A stretch of 60,556 bases of DNA from Candidatus Ratteibacteria bacterium. GTDB taxonomy: Bacteria > CAIJMQ01. Below are positions 36,114-45,311 of the stretch, in pieces. Every line of letters begins with the position of its first letter. Within the stretch, counting starts at the first letter, position 1. The stretch is from NCBI GenBank assembly GCA_028715665.1, contig JAQURI010000002.1, positions 1 to 60,556 of the forward strand. Direction: 5' to 3'. Under the pieces are notes generated by a model. The model made no database searches, had not been told where the DNA came from, and worked only from the letters and a program-made list of their open reading frames with translations. The position numbers and the translations under genes are program-made.

Positions 36114-36947
36114 TTAGAATCGGTCTCCTGTTATCGGGTCGTTAATATATCCCCCTTCATCCATTATTGCTCCATGAGAGAGTGCATCGACCAGTCGCCT
36201 GTCTTCGGCTGTTGCATAATACTCGCTTAGCCCTTCCCTGCCGAGCAGGAAGACTTGATAGGTATGAATTAATGATGAAATTGACTCGTAAAACTTTTCA
36301 ATATACGTCCTGTTAGGATATCTGTTCAACAAATTATCTATAAATGATGAACCAGACTCTGAAATAGAGTACCAGTTTGTAAATCTGTTAAATCTTTCGT
36401 TCCAGTCGAAACTTTCGTCAACAAAATACGGTTCATACAAACCCCGGCTGATATATATTCCTACCCCGATTATTCGATGCCTCAGCGGAGACATTTGTTC
36501 TTCTACAGATAACGAATTGTCTTTTGTTTTAACAATGTCCAGTTTGGGTATTGAACCGTTTGGAATGTTGGAGCGATGTCGCCTCAATAATCTTGAGATT
36601 TTTTCTAATGGTTCGTGAATATACCATTTCGGATTTTTTTTCTTGAATTCTATATACTCAGGCGAATCTTTTCCAAGAAGCATGAATTTATTGTATCTGT
36701 TACGAAAATTTGGCGGTATTGTTGGAGATATTATATCGTCCCACTTTTGCTGTTCTGCTATAATGAATGTTTTCAGGTCTGGTTTAATAAGAATCCCTTT
36801 TATTTCAATATCCCAGTCTTTCCCGAACTGCGGGTCGTTGTTTATTTCCATTGGTGTTCTTAATATGTCAGTTAAAGCCCCTTTGAGTGCAGCTTCTCTG
36901 TGGCCTTCTGAGTCTTCATGCCAGCCTTTTCCCTTCATCTCTTTCAT
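36114..36947 (-). CDS. hypothetical protein with N-terminal GWHEDSEGHREAALKG motif
   Basis: ATG at 36947 lies 1 nt after the upstream stop; the track start at 37022 overlaps the upstream ORF. Confidence 0.6.
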   Translation of the reverse strand: MKEMKGKGWHEDSEGHREAALKGALTDILRTPMEINNDPQFGKDWDIEIKGILIKPDLKTFIIAEQQKWDDIISPTIPPNFRNRYNKFMLLGKDSPEYIEFKKKNPKWYIHEPLEKISRLLRRHRSNIPNGSIPKLDIVKTKDNSLSVEEQMSPLRHRIIGVGIYISRGLYEPYFVDESFDWNERFNRFTNWYSISESGSSFIDNLLNRYPNRTYIEKFYESISSLIHTYQVFLLGREGLSEYYATAEDRRLVDALSHGAIMDEGGYINDPITGDRF

Positions 36948-36948
36948 C

Positions 36949-37233
36949 TTAATCAGTCCTTTTGTAATGCACGTACAGTACGTAGCCCTGAACCCCCTCC
37001 ATACCCAGTTCGTGGCCTGCATGGTTTATCCAGACCATTCGTGGGATTACTCTGGCAAGATGTCCTTGATTACGATTGGCGTCTGCTGCCCCATTCGCTT
37101 CCGATTTGCTGAGGTATGCACGGCGATACATGAATCTCTTTCTGCCGAAATATTTGGCTTTGTGCATGTCCCTGTTCTCTGTCCCGCCGGTGATGTATAT
37201 CTCACCGAATTTTCTTTTTCCTAGTGGTCTCAT
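36949..37233 (-). CDS. hypothetical basic protein
   Basis: 94-aa ORF in chain. Confidence 0.45.
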   Translation of the reverse strand: MRPLGKRKFGEIYITGGTENRDMHKAKYFGRKRFMYRRAYLSKSEANGAADANRNQGHLARVIPRMVWINHAGHELGMEGVQGYVLYVHYKRTD

Positions 37234-37236
37234 ATT

Positions 37237-37767
37237 TTAATCCCTCTGTACCCATTTGGCAGTTCGGTACTTGTTAAGAATTGCCTTTTTCTCGGTTGGT
37301 GTATATTTACTCGGTGCCTGCCATGGAAGTCCTAAGCTGCGGATAATAATACTCAGCTTTTGATTAACTATCCGGCTCTTATCATCCCAGAGGTCATCCA
37401 GCATCTTGTCGTAATGAGTATTGATATAATCCTCTTGCTGGCCTTCATGAATAATATTATGAATAAATGTTCTTGATTCCGCTTCTTTTGCCGGGAGTTT
37501 GTATGGCTTAACGTAAATCGCCCATCTATAATAGTGCGGCTGACTGAAAATAAATTCAATTTTCGCCTGAGATTTTGGTAAATGAAAGACTCGTGCCAAT
37601 GTACCTAGTTCCGTCCCGAAGTTGTTACTCTTTCTTAACTCCTCTGCTATCTTGTTTGCTGTTGTTTCATCTGATACTGCTGTGTGGAACTGGTATGTTT
37701 CTTTATCGAAAATGCGCTGGAATTTCGGTTCGCTAATTCCTGAATACGGTGATTTCTGTCTCGCCAT
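37237..37767 (-). CDS. hypothetical protein
   Basis: 176-aa ORF in chain. Confidence 0.55.
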   Translation of the reverse strand: MARQKSPYSGISEPKFQRIFDKETYQFHTAVSDETTANKIAEELRKSNNFGTELGTLARVFHLPKSQAKIEFIFSQPHYYRWAIYVKPYKLPAKEAESRTFIHNIIHEGQQEDYINTHYDKMLDDLWDDKSRIVNQKLSIIIRSLGLPWQAPSKYTPTEKKAILNKYRTAKWVQRD

Positions 37768-37769
37768 TG

Positions 37770-38231
37770 TTATGCCCTCATCCGTTTCAGTTTCTGTAAG
37801 TATTTCGCATTTACCATCGGGGTTCTCATGCCCTCTATTTTCCGGATTATATCTGCTTTTGTTATCGGCATTGCCGTCAGTGTGCCCGGTTTGTTTTCAT
37901 GTATACTGTATTTCCGGTTCCTGCGTGCCGCTTCTTTGATTGCGGCATCATAATAGTTCTTAGTCCGGCCTGTTGACATCCCGATAAGTTTCATATTCCC
38001 GGTATAGATATCTACTATTACCCAGCCACGGGTCTCGTTCGATACTATCCACCGGTGAGGCCGGGCTTCGGCGATATCTCGTAATATCTCGTCCCTTTCC
38101 CAATTGTTTTCGGCTATTATCTGTTCTACCATATTCTCAGGGAGACCTGTCCTGTGAGCAAGTTCACCTGAAATATTGCGAGCCGACATTCCGCTGGCAA
38201 GTACGTCTCTTAATGTTTTGATTGGTTTCAT
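37770..38231 (-). CDS. hypothetical protein (N-terminal HTH-like)
   Basis: ATG at 38231 overlaps the upstream stop (ATGA); SARNISGELAHRTGLPENMVEQII HTH-like segment. Confidence 0.55.
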   Translation of the reverse strand: MKPIKTLRDVLASGMSARNISGELAHRTGLPENMVEQIIAENNWERDEILRDIAEARPHRWIVSNETRGWVIVDIYTGNMKLIGMSTGRTKNYYDAAIKEAARRNRKYSIHENKPGTLTAMPITKADIIRKIEGMRTPMVNAKYLQKLKRMRA

Positions 38232-38665
38232 TCTTCTTCCTCCTCGAGGTGTAAATGTATCCGTTCCAGTCGGTCTCTCTGTAACCACCCATATTTCTTT
38301 TCGACCGCCATCAGTGCAGTATCTATATTATTCGTCCTGTTCCACGTATTGTTAAAATAGTCATCCACTTCGCTGTACGTGAATGTTCTTGCGGCGGTGC
38401 CTCTTGTTCGATATATCTGGCCTGCCCTCAAATCGAGCCACCACCCTTTTCCCAGACTTACTGCCCCGTTCGGGGGAGTGGTGCCGTGCCATGAACCCAC
38501 AATCCTGCCGTTCGGGAGTTTCCAGTGATTTAATCCACCAATATTAACTATTACCGCCCGGTGTTTTGTTTTTGATTGCCGTTCTTTTTTTCTAGCCGCC
38601 TCTTCAAGATGGACTTTCGTATATGCTTGTGCCCATGTTGTCGGATTTCTGGGAATTCGTGCCAT
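38228..38665 (-). CDS. hypothetical protein
   Basis: 145-aa ORF in chain. Confidence 0.55.
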   Translation of the reverse strand: MARIPRNPTTWAQAYTKVHLEEAARKKERQSKTKHRAVIVNIGGLNHWKLPNGRIVGSWHGTTPPNGAVSLGKGWWLDLRAGQIYRTRGTAARTFTYSEVDDYFNNTWNRTNNIDTALMAVEKKYGWLQRDRLERIHLHLEEEEE

Positions 38666-38670
38666 GGTGA

Positions 38671-38922
38671 TTAGTTCCTCCCTCTTCCCTTCGGCTTCTT
38701 TGAAGCTTTTGGTTTTTTGGTTTTAAAGGCTCGTACTCTTTGTTCCTGCCATTCATACCTATGGCACCGACTGCAAGTGAGTGGTGGAACGCCAGTTAAA
38801 TGTAGTTTAGGTGAAAACCACGAGTGGTTACATTTGAGACACACGCAGTTATCGCCGGGCTTTCTTTTTAGTTGGTTCGGATTGATGTGAATTTTTTTTC
38901 GTGCTGGGGTCTTGGATTTCAT
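38671..38922 (-). CDS. basic zinc-ribbon protein
   Basis: 83 aa; CVCLKCNH...CSRCHRYEW; first ORF after an AT-rich intergenic region. Confidence 0.55.
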   Translation of the reverse strand: MKSKTPARKKIHINPNQLKRKPGDNCVCLKCNHSWFSPKLHLTGVPPLTCSRCHRYEWQEQRVRAFKTKKPKASKKPKGRGRN

Positions 38923-39017
38923 AGTTATACTATGCTATATAATAAGACCTTTATAAGCCTTTCCTAACTACTCCTCTGAGTTATGGTTTTACACTTTCAA
39001 CGGGTTTTTAAATGTGT

Positions 39018-39209
39018 TCAGATAGCGTTTAATGAATTCGTCTTTTGTGTAGGATGTGCAATTATTATATGCATCAATCTTTGATGCATCATCCGAAGCC
39101 ATTTATTTAACCAGTAATTTTTATATATTATCTTTCTTACAAATTCTTCTGTCCAATACCCCTTTGATTTTTTATCCATACCAACCACAAAATAACTCTC
39201 AAACCCCAA
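39018..39209 (-). CDS. hypothetical protein
   Basis: 63-aa ORF abutting the upstream gene. Confidence 0.4.
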   Translation of the reverse strand: MGFESYFVVGMDKKSKGYWTEEFVRKIIYKNYWLNKWLRMMHQRLMHIIIAHPTQKTNSLNAI

Positions 39210-39941
39210 TTAAATTTTTACGGGGTCTTTCCGTTTTAATTCCATTTCGACATCGTTAGTTGTCGTATTTGCTTTCGACATAAATTCAGATTGCCACTTT
39301 TCAAACCTTCCTTCTTCGTATCCAACATCGTGATATGTCTCTTCAAGTTTTATTTCGTCGAATACCTCTGGTTGAAGCTCTTTTTTCAATTCTTTAACCT
39401 TATACAATATATCATGAAGTTCGTTTGCTACGCATATATACTCTGGGTCTGATACCACAAACGATGCCAGTTTTGCCTCAAGGATGCCCGCCTTTTCCTG
39501 TAATTCACTTAACTGAGTTATATCCTTATCATAAACCCACAATACCAGTGAAGCGTGATTGCCTTTCAGTTCGCCTTTGATAATCCATTTTATATAATTG
39601 TCAATTGTATGTATTTCATTCAGGGTTTTCTCAAATACATACCCGTTATCAGTCTTGTTCCAGCCGGGAGCCACTGTAACATCAGGCTTCCGGTCAATAG
39701 TAACCATAGGGACTTTCAATGGAGCCATCTGGTTGATTGCCCCTTTGGTTGCTGCTATAACGTGTTCAGGGGCTTTTTCATCCCCTCTGGCGTCCTTTTG
39801 TTTTCCCTCAAACCAACCGGAATTTAAGTTTGCAATACGACGAGCATCCGTTTCGCTCATCCTGTGGTAGTCTCTGAGGTGTCTGTATAGCTCAGGTTCA
39901 TCAATGAATTGTTTTGAACAGCCTTTTGGACATGATATCAT
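39210..39941 (-). CDS. C2H2 zinc-finger protein with GW..APEHVIAATK module
   Basis: 243 aa; CPKGCSKQFIDEPELYRHLRDYH; GWFEGKQKDARGDEKAPEHVIAATKG. Confidence 0.6.
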   Translation of the reverse strand: MISCPKGCSKQFIDEPELYRHLRDYHRMSETDARRIANLNSGWFEGKQKDARGDEKAPEHVIAATKGAINQMAPLKVPMVTIDRKPDVTVAPGWNKTDNGYVFEKTLNEIHTIDNYIKWIIKGELKGNHASLVLWVYDKDITQLSELQEKAGILEAKLASFVVSDPEYICVANELHDILYKVKELKKELQPEVFDEIKLEETYHDVGYEEGRFEKWQSEFMSKANTTTNDVEMELKRKDPVKI

Positions 39942-40192
39942 ATGAAAAAGAATGACATCTAAAGTAAATAAAGATATTGTGAACTACCTCACCCTGAAAT
40001 ACCTATAATCAGGACGATATTTTGTATAACCGGATTTTCCGATAATTTTTTATGATTCTCTTTGCTTGCCATGTTACCACAATTAGTTTATAATCGTACC
40101 ATTGCGATATAACTCTCGTCTCTAGCAGTGAGAGAGGTTCAATGGGTTAGTGATAGACAAAGACGATTTTATTTTTGAGGCACCCTGAAAAA

Positions 40193-40432
40193 TTAAAAAT
40201 CCGATAATTGTTTTTGGTGGCTGTCGTCGGGATGCTGGAACTCTGGTACCGTTCTCTGCATAAATTGTTCCTGTGCCTTTGGATTCAATGGGAATTCATT
40301 GTTGATTCCCACCAACTTTATTGGACATCTCTCGTTATGGTATTTTAGGTCATGATAACATCGTTCCACACAACAATATTGGATGATTTCTTCTTTTATC
40401 ACTTTCGTTTTTTCTTTGAACAAACCCACCAC
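40193..40432 (-). CDS. Cys-rich hypothetical protein
   Basis: 79-aa ORF (GTG); the same frame stays open and Cys-rich about 100 nt further upstream without a canonical start, so the true 5' end is uncertain. Confidence 0.4.
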   Translation of the reverse strand: MVGLFKEKTKVIKEEIIQYCCVERCYHDLKYHNERCPIKLVGINNEFPLNPKAQEQFMQRTVPEFQHPDDSHQKQLSDF

Positions 40433-40520
40433 ACAGCAGTTCTGGCTTGGCTTTCGGGCACATAAATCGACGCCATAGCATTTACTGCATACTGTTTTTT
40501 GGTTGAGTAATTTCGTTATA

Positions 40521-40796
40521 TCACTTTCCTTGTGTGGTTGTACGTACAGAATACTCTACTCTTAGTTGCTCGGCATTCTTCTGGTCTTCCGGTTTCAGGT
40601 ACCGCTTGTATCGCTCAAATAGTGTATTGGCTGCATCCGCCTCTTCCTGCGTGTAATCGCGCCATCCAGCCTGATACTCTTGCGTATTGCAAATTAGACG
40701 AAGGAATAAAGGGTCTATAGTTAGCAAGTCCGGGCTACGTCTGAATTGTTCCTTCTTTCGTTTAATACGATTTATAAGTGTTGACAAGTGGCTCAT
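40521..40796 (-). CDS. hypothetical protein
   Basis: 91-aa ORF, 4-nt overlap with the upstream gene. Confidence 0.5.
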   Translation of the reverse strand: MSHLSTLINRIKRKKEQFRRSPDLLTIDPLFLRLICNTQEYQAGWRDYTQEEADAANTLFERYKRYLKPEDQKNAEQLRVEYSVRTTTQGK

Positions 40797-41098
40797 TGTT
40801 TCACCTCAATATCATCTGCTTGAACTTTATCCAAATCTCTGATTTGTGCCGTGACTTTGTTAAGGATTGCAATGGGGGTGTCGTTCCTTATGAACTCATA
40901 TCGTGCTTTGTACTCATGGATTTTATGGAAAAATATCGCTAACGTGAAGCCCTGTTTGTTCTTCTTTCTTATCCATTCCCGTGCTTTTTTCTTTAAACAA
41001 TAAAGGCCGTCAGTATCTTTTTCCGCCGCAATATACCAGTTTTCTTTCTGTGACTCATTTTTTGTAATAATATTCCTCCTGATGTTAATTATTTGCAC
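40793..41098 (-). CDS. hypothetical protein
   Basis: 101-aa ORF (GTG inside a GGGTGC box); AGGAGG lies further in, so the start is uncertain. Confidence 0.45.
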   Translation of the reverse strand: MQIINIRRNIITKNESQKENWYIAAEKDTDGLYCLKKKAREWIRKKNKQGFTLAIFFHKIHEYKARYEFIRNDTPIAILNKVTAQIRDLDKVQADDIEVKQ

Positions 41099-41168
41099 CC
41101 GAAGAAAAAAAGCACGGATACAAGATAGGAAAACTAAAATATAAAAGTGAATGTCAGTTCATCCCTTT

Positions 41169-41195
41169 GAAACATAATTACGATAAACCTATCGG
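41169..41195 (-). promoter_or_regulatory. type-1 promoter motif
   Basis: minus-sense CCGATAGGTTTATCGTAATTATGTTTC, near-identical to the copy at 2061. Confidence 0.6.
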
Positions 41196-41230
41196 ATGCT
41201 AGAAGGCGGGGTATGCTTCATCCCCGTACT

Positions 41231-41380
41231 TCAGTACAGGGTATTCGCAAGTTCGTCTTCGAATTGGTGTTTTGCTATAGATAACCCTGCAATCGCCACG
41301 AATGGGTTGGGGTTTTCTTTTTTCAGAAATTCGCTTAGATGGATTAAAAATAATCCCGTTTCTTTTTGTGTATCGCTCAT
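41231..41380 (-). CDS. small hypothetical protein (49 aa)
   Basis: the ATG at 41380 follows a type-2 motif; the track start at 41428 reads through the motif. Confidence 0.4.
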   Translation of the reverse strand: MSDTQKETGLFLIHLSEFLKKENPNPFVAIAGLSIAKHQFEDELANTLY

Positions 41381-41427
41381 ATTTTGTATTTCCTGTGCGT
41401 TATAGCACCCGATGAAGAAAAAAAGCA
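41381..41427 (-). promoter_or_regulatory. type-2 cassette-boundary motif
   Basis: minus-sense T-run + CGGGTGCTATAACGCACAGGA + 10 nt + ATG(41380). Confidence 0.6.
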
Positions 41428-41532
41428 TGGGGTTGGATATCCTAAAAACGATGGTTCGAAGGAGATTGAGGGTACTAAAGAGGGATACCCAACCTGCATC
41501 TTATAGTTTGTCTGTCTTAGTATTTATATTTA

Positions 41533-41766
41533 TCACATCCTTTTATTTTTGTTGTCCCATGATATCCGTGTACTTCCTACTGTTCCTATCCGATATCTGT
41601 GACATCCCTCCCTTTCGTGTTTTAGGCAACAGTTTTTGGCTAACATGTTCCGGCATGATGCGCGTAACCGCACCGGTATTATATCCTCGACTTCCCGTTC
41701 TTCGAACAGAAGTCCTAAGATATTCCAGCGTGTTGCACAGCCGCCAATACGTGTTAGGTTGGGTAT
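41533..41766 (-). other. ORF-like open frame without canonical start (ATA at the position of the motif ATG), or ncRNA
   Basis: 77 sense codons follow type-2 motif copy 41779-41801; ATCGAAATA replaces the consensus ATTGAAATG; region is GC-richer than neighbours. Confidence 0.3.
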
Positions 41767-41778
41767 TTCGATGTGGAT

Positions 41779-41801
41779 TCCTCCTGTGCGTTATAGCACC
41801 C
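41779..41801 (-). promoter_or_regulatory. type-2 cassette-boundary motif
   Basis: minus-sense GGGTGCTATAACGCACAGGAGGA; no ATG-initiated ORF follows. Confidence 0.55.
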
Positions 41802-41807
41802 TAGAAT

Positions 41808-41872
41808 GCTTCACAATTAAGAAGATTTGCCCTGAGAAATAAAATACGATAAAATAAGGGGAATTGTGAAGC
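41808..41872. repeat. inverted repeat gcttcacaatt / aattgtgaagc (43-nt loop)
   Basis: 11-bp perfect stem; the loop carries a type-1-like TTATTTTATCGTATTTTATTTC box; the same stem recurs at 49007-49041. Confidence 0.65.
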
Positions 41873-41897
41873 ACCCGAAAAAAAAAATGTTCCGCCC

Positions 41898-42134
41898 TTA
41901 TGCTACCAAGATATTATTTTTAACAATTTCAATGCCGTTTTCAGAGATATATCGTGTTTCTATGTCTTTTGGTGATGCTCTATTTTTCAACATTTTGACC
42001 CGCTCCTTGGGGCTCGACACAGAATCTCTCCTATTAATTGTTTCTGGGTTCCATTTCGACCAGAGAATACATCCGTTACAATCTCCTGTTCCAAGCAGTT
42101 GATTCTTACTCTTACAGTTTCCGCAGTATTTCAT
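41898..42134 (-). CDS. Cys-rich hypothetical protein
   Basis: 78 aa; CGNCKS...CNGC; the ATG is immediately preceded by a type-2 motif. Confidence 0.5.
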   Translation of the reverse strand: MKYCGNCKSKNQLLGTGDCNGCILWSKWNPETINRRDSVSSPKERVKMLKNRASPKDIETRYISENGIEIVKNNILVA

Positions 42135-42172
42135 CTCAATCGCTCCTGTGCGTTATAGCACCCGAAAAAAAA
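42135..42172 (-). promoter_or_regulatory. type-2 cassette-boundary motif
   Basis: minus-sense TTTTTTTTCGGGTGCTATAACGCACAGGAGCGATTGAG + ATG(42134). Confidence 0.65.
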
Positions 42173-42242
42173 TAACTATTAAAGATGTTCCGCCTTTAAT
42201 GATTTTTCTACTTCCAAAATTAAATCATCTGCGATTCTTCTA

Positions 42243-42440
42243 TTATGACTTCCGGGGTTTGTTGCATATCCAGTACCTCTTTTTTCTTAGACCATATATT
42301 ACACTCGATACAAAGCTTCCAATAGTTAATATTATGACGTTTCTGATTACGTTTTCGTCTGTTAGTAGATACAGAACCAATGCCGTCAGCACTAAGAATA
42401 TTGCAGTTTTTCCCACTGCGTCTTTTAAGATTTCCTTCAT
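42243..42440 (-). CDS. small membrane protein
   Basis: 65 aa, two TM helices; GGAGGCAGACA precedes the ATG; preferred over the overlapping 42220-42543 frame. Confidence 0.45.
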   Translation of the reverse strand: MKEILKDAVGKTAIFLVLTALVLYLLTDENVIRNVIILTIGSFVSSVIYGLRKKRYWICNKPRKS

Positions 42441-42476
42441 TGTCTGCCTCCACTACTGACTTTTTCGTATTGGATA

Positions 42477-42641
42477 TTACGTTTTTTTCTGGCGGTCTTC
42501 TCTCCATTCTCCAGCCGGATTGACCAAATGTATCATAATACATCCCTCATCCTGATAAACAGAAAACTGTTCATCCTTTTTTGGTCTGGCTTCTTTCAAC
42601 CAGTGATTCACTGCATTTCGCACATCGGTTTTGTTTAACAT
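42477..42641 (-). CDS. small hypothetical protein (54 aa)
   Basis: hand-translated MLNKTDVRNAVNHWLKEARPKKDEQFSVYQDEGCIMIHLVNPAGEW... Confidence 0.4.
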   Translation of the reverse strand: MLNKTDVRNAVNHWLKEARPKKDEQFSVYQDEGCIMIHLVNPAGEWREDRQKKT

Positions 42642-42648
42642 TGTAGCC

Positions 42649-42858
42649 TCATTTTAACATCGCTACAAGTTCATCATCTGTGACCTTGCCTTTTCTCACC
42701 ATATCGTTTATGATGGTCGTCGAATCAACTGGCTTTCCGTTTCTGAGGACATGCCCGGCGGAATCTACCTGATAGAATTCCTGACAGAACTCCCTTATCC
42801 TGCCATTCGTTGCATCGAAATTTATTTTATCTCCGTCAATTAGTCCCATCTTTGCCAT
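42649..42858 (-). CDS. hypothetical protein
   Basis: 69-aa ORF in chain. Confidence 0.5.
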   Translation of the reverse strand: MAKMGLIDGDKINFDATNGRIREFCQEFYQVDSAGHVLRNGKPVDSTTIINDMVRKGKVTDDELVAMLK

Positions 42859-43345
42859 CTCCTGTTTCCGATATTTCGGTGTTCTTTTTATTCATTTCAA
42901 GCATTCGTTCGAACATTTCTCCGGCCTGACTGTTGGTTCCCTGATACTTATATGCCAGCAATCCGATTAACGCTGAATCCAGAGACGCATAGCCTTTGCC
43001 GGTATCCATGAAATTTATGTATGTGTGGAAAATATGATACGGGTGTGGTTCTGATGCGATATCATGAGGAACCTCAAGAATTATATATTCTCCGTTGTTG
43101 ATTATAAAATCGTTTATGCTCCTGTATTTGCCCAATTCCAGCTTGAGATATATTATCTTTTCTGGAAGTGCTGTTTCGCTGATATCTTTTTCGGTCACTA
43201 CTGGCAGGTTATTAAGAAGATAGTTGCCTGTTCCGGCTGCGAGGAAGTGGGTCAATCCACCCATGCATTTCGCTTCTTCAATTAACTGACCGAGTTCCCC
43301 GGTCGTGTTAAGTTTTACGATTCGTAATGGTTTTAAATTTCTCAT
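42836..43345 (-). CDS. hypothetical protein
   Basis: 169-aa ORF in chain. Confidence 0.55.
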   Translation of the reverse strand: MRNLKPLRIVKLNTTGELGQLIEEAKCMGGLTHFLAAGTGNYLLNNLPVVTEKDISETALPEKIIYLKLELGKYRSINDFIINNGEYIILEVPHDIASEPHPYHIFHTYINFMDTGKGYASLDSALIGLLAYKYQGTNSQAGEMFERMLEMNKKNTEISETGDGKDGTN

Positions 43346-43377
43346 AAATATTTCTCCATAGTGTACGTGAAGTGTAT

Positions 43378-44031
43378 TCAGGACGACGAGTTATCGCTAT
43401 CTGTTCTGAACCTCATTCTTTCTGCCCTTTGTTTCCGTCTGAGGGCTTGGACGTATTCAATTGAGCCTTCCGGTTTTATGGCTGGTATATTCTTCAGGTA
43501 TTCCGGGGCAACTTCGTGCATCCATTCAGATAATGCTACGATGAAATTGTCATAGTTCTCATGCTCCCGGTCTCTCCGGTTGCCTATCTCATCTATCAGC
43601 CCTGCACATCGCAGGATTTCGTTATGCAAATCCCGCCTAAGTTCTTCCAGACCCATTATCCTATGTGCGTCCAGAAGTTTACCGGTCTTTGAGTCCTGTA
43701 ATCTCCCTGAAACGTGGAAGAAGTATCGTTCCAGCATTTCTCTCGGCACCATTATACCTGCTAAGGTTACGTATTTTGAGTCAAGATATTCCCTATGTGT
43801 TTTTAGCCTGATTTTGAATTCCATATCCGTGACTTCGAAATATTTTGGATTTGACGAATCTATTATTGTTGCATCACCGTCCAGAATTGCACCTATCTGA
43901 GAGCTTGAGATGCCTCTGAAACATTTTAGCATCTCTATTGCCTCTGTGGTTTTCCGTTCGAAATGAAATAGTTGCCGGGCTAAATCCACAATGAATTTCG
44001 AAGTCACTGAAAAATGTGTGTCCTGTTCCAT
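43378..44031 (-). CDS. hypothetical protein
   Basis: ATG at 44031 preceded by AAAGGAGAA; the track TTG start at 44082 is less likely. Confidence 0.6.
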   Translation of the reverse strand: MEQDTHFSVTSKFIVDLARQLFHFERKTTEAIEMLKCFRGISSSQIGAILDGDATIIDSSNPKYFEVTDMEFKIRLKTHREYLDSKYVTLAGIMVPREMLERYFFHVSGRLQDSKTGKLLDAHRIMGLEELRRDLHNEILRCAGLIDEIGNRRDREHENYDNFIVALSEWMHEVAPEYLKNIPAIKPEGSIEYVQALRRKQRAERMRFRTDSDNSSS

Positions 44032-44374
44032 AGCGATTTCTCCTTTATCTATGATTTTTTTAGTCTTCTTCTGGTACGTCAATACAATTTAGGCCATTCG
44101 AATTTAGTGAATCCACATAAACGTGACCAGATACCAGATTTACGGCAATTGTATTTGTGTTTATAGTATTCATAAGGTGTTTCTTCTTTTAGATTTATGA
44201 TTCCGGCTGCACATTTACTGCTGTTATATTTGTTATTAATTCAGTGTATGCTTCCAGTAATATTTTTTTCGCTTTTTCTGGCTGCTTGCTATCTATTTAA
44301 TTGATAGCATCTTGCAGTTTTGTGCTTGCTGAATTAATAACATCGTTTGATATTAGTACGTATTTCATGATACA

Positions 44375-44764
44375 TCAGTCCTCAGCGGTTCCTGTTTTTC
44401 CATGTATCTCTTCTTCTGTATATAGCTGTGAAACTTCACATCGGGCGCAGATTCGCGTTCCGTCTTTGCGCCTAATAACTGAAGGTAATCTCCGTTCGCA
44501 GACGTTGCAGGCATTATGTAGCCATTTATCTTCGATTTTTAGCAGGTCTTCTGATTCTACAATACCTGTTCCATGTATTATCCTCTGCTTGCTTGCTATC
44601 TCTTGGAATATCGATTGTGCGGTCATTAATATTGCTGTTTCGATTGCATCTTCAGTGGTCTCTTCTATATCTAAAGCTGCTCTGGATTCTTCCGGGATGC
44701 CGTTCCTTTTTACAAGTTGCTTCCATACAGCTTCCTTTATTTCTCTTGGATGCCGTGTCTCCAT
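44375..44764 (-). CDS. hypothetical protein with C-terminal zinc ribbon
   Basis: 129 aa; CNVCERR...CARCE. Confidence 0.55.
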   Translation of the reverse strand: METRHPREIKEAVWKQLVKRNGIPEESRAALDIEETTEDAIETAILMTAQSIFQEIASKQRIIHGTGIVESEDLLKIEDKWLHNACNVCERRLPSVIRRKDGTRICARCEVSQLYTEEEIHGKTGTAED

Positions 44765-44765
44765 T

Positions 44766-45146
44766 TTAAGCCTCCTTTTTCTGTTCCGATGCTATTCGTT
44801 TCAACGTTCTTATTGAATCTTTTTTCGTTATAAATTTTCCACAATGAAAACAGAATCCATTGCGGTCTGTTGTTCCATGACCTTCTTTTGGACAGGCCAA
44901 TACATCTGTTACCAGACTGCTCAATGCTTCACCGAACGGGGTGTCCCTTTCTATTATCCGTGCCGGAATTCCATTCTTGTCGTTGAACCCGGCTACTATG
45001 AAAATATTATTGTGAAGCCTTGCACGCATCCACTCGTATTCCTGTGGGTCTCCGATGCTGCCCTCATTCTGTTTCTGGAGATGTATAATGTATCGTTCTA
45101 TTGTTTTTAGAGATACATCCCTGCCAGATAATGTTATTGTGTTCAT
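44766..45146 (-). CDS. hypothetical protein
   Basis: the ATG at 45146 directly follows a type-2 motif; the track start at 45170 translates the motif itself (MKHTGAIE). Confidence 0.55.
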   Translation of the reverse strand: MNTITLSGRDVSLKTIERYIIHLQKQNEGSIGDPQEYEWMRARLHNNIFIVAGFNDKNGIPARIIERDTPFGEALSSLVTDVLACPKEGHGTTDRNGFCFHCGKFITKKDSIRTLKRIASEQKKEA

Positions 45147-45186
45147 TTCAATCGCTCCTGTGTGCTTCATAGCACCCGAAAAAATT
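45147..45186 (-). promoter_or_regulatory. type-2 cassette-boundary motif
   Basis: minus-sense TTTTTTCGGGTGCTATGAAGCACACAGGAGCGATTGAA + ATG(45146). Confidence 0.65.
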
Positions 45187-45311
45187 TAGTCGGGCTTGTA
45201 TTTTTCGTAAAACTCTTCGTCCGACATCAATAATATCTCAAGAATTTTTAATCTTTTTGGTATTTTCACAGAATACCAATCTGTTTTCGTGAGGGTTTCT
45301 GCTGAGTTCAT
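45186..45311 (-). CDS. small hypothetical protein (41 aa)
   Basis: hand-translated MNSAETLTKTDWYSVKIPKRLKILEILLMSDEEFYEKYKPD; ATGA overlap with the upstream stop. Confidence 0.4.
   Translation of the reverse strand: MNSAETLTKTDWYSVKIPKRLKILEILLMSDEEFYEKYKPD

Noticed and set aside
42220-42543. 107-aa track ORF.
   Set aside because: It spans three better-supported units in other frames: the 54-aa ORF at 42477-42641, and the 65-aa two-TM ORF at 42243-42440, which has a GGAGG site. Its own sequence is basic and low-complexity.
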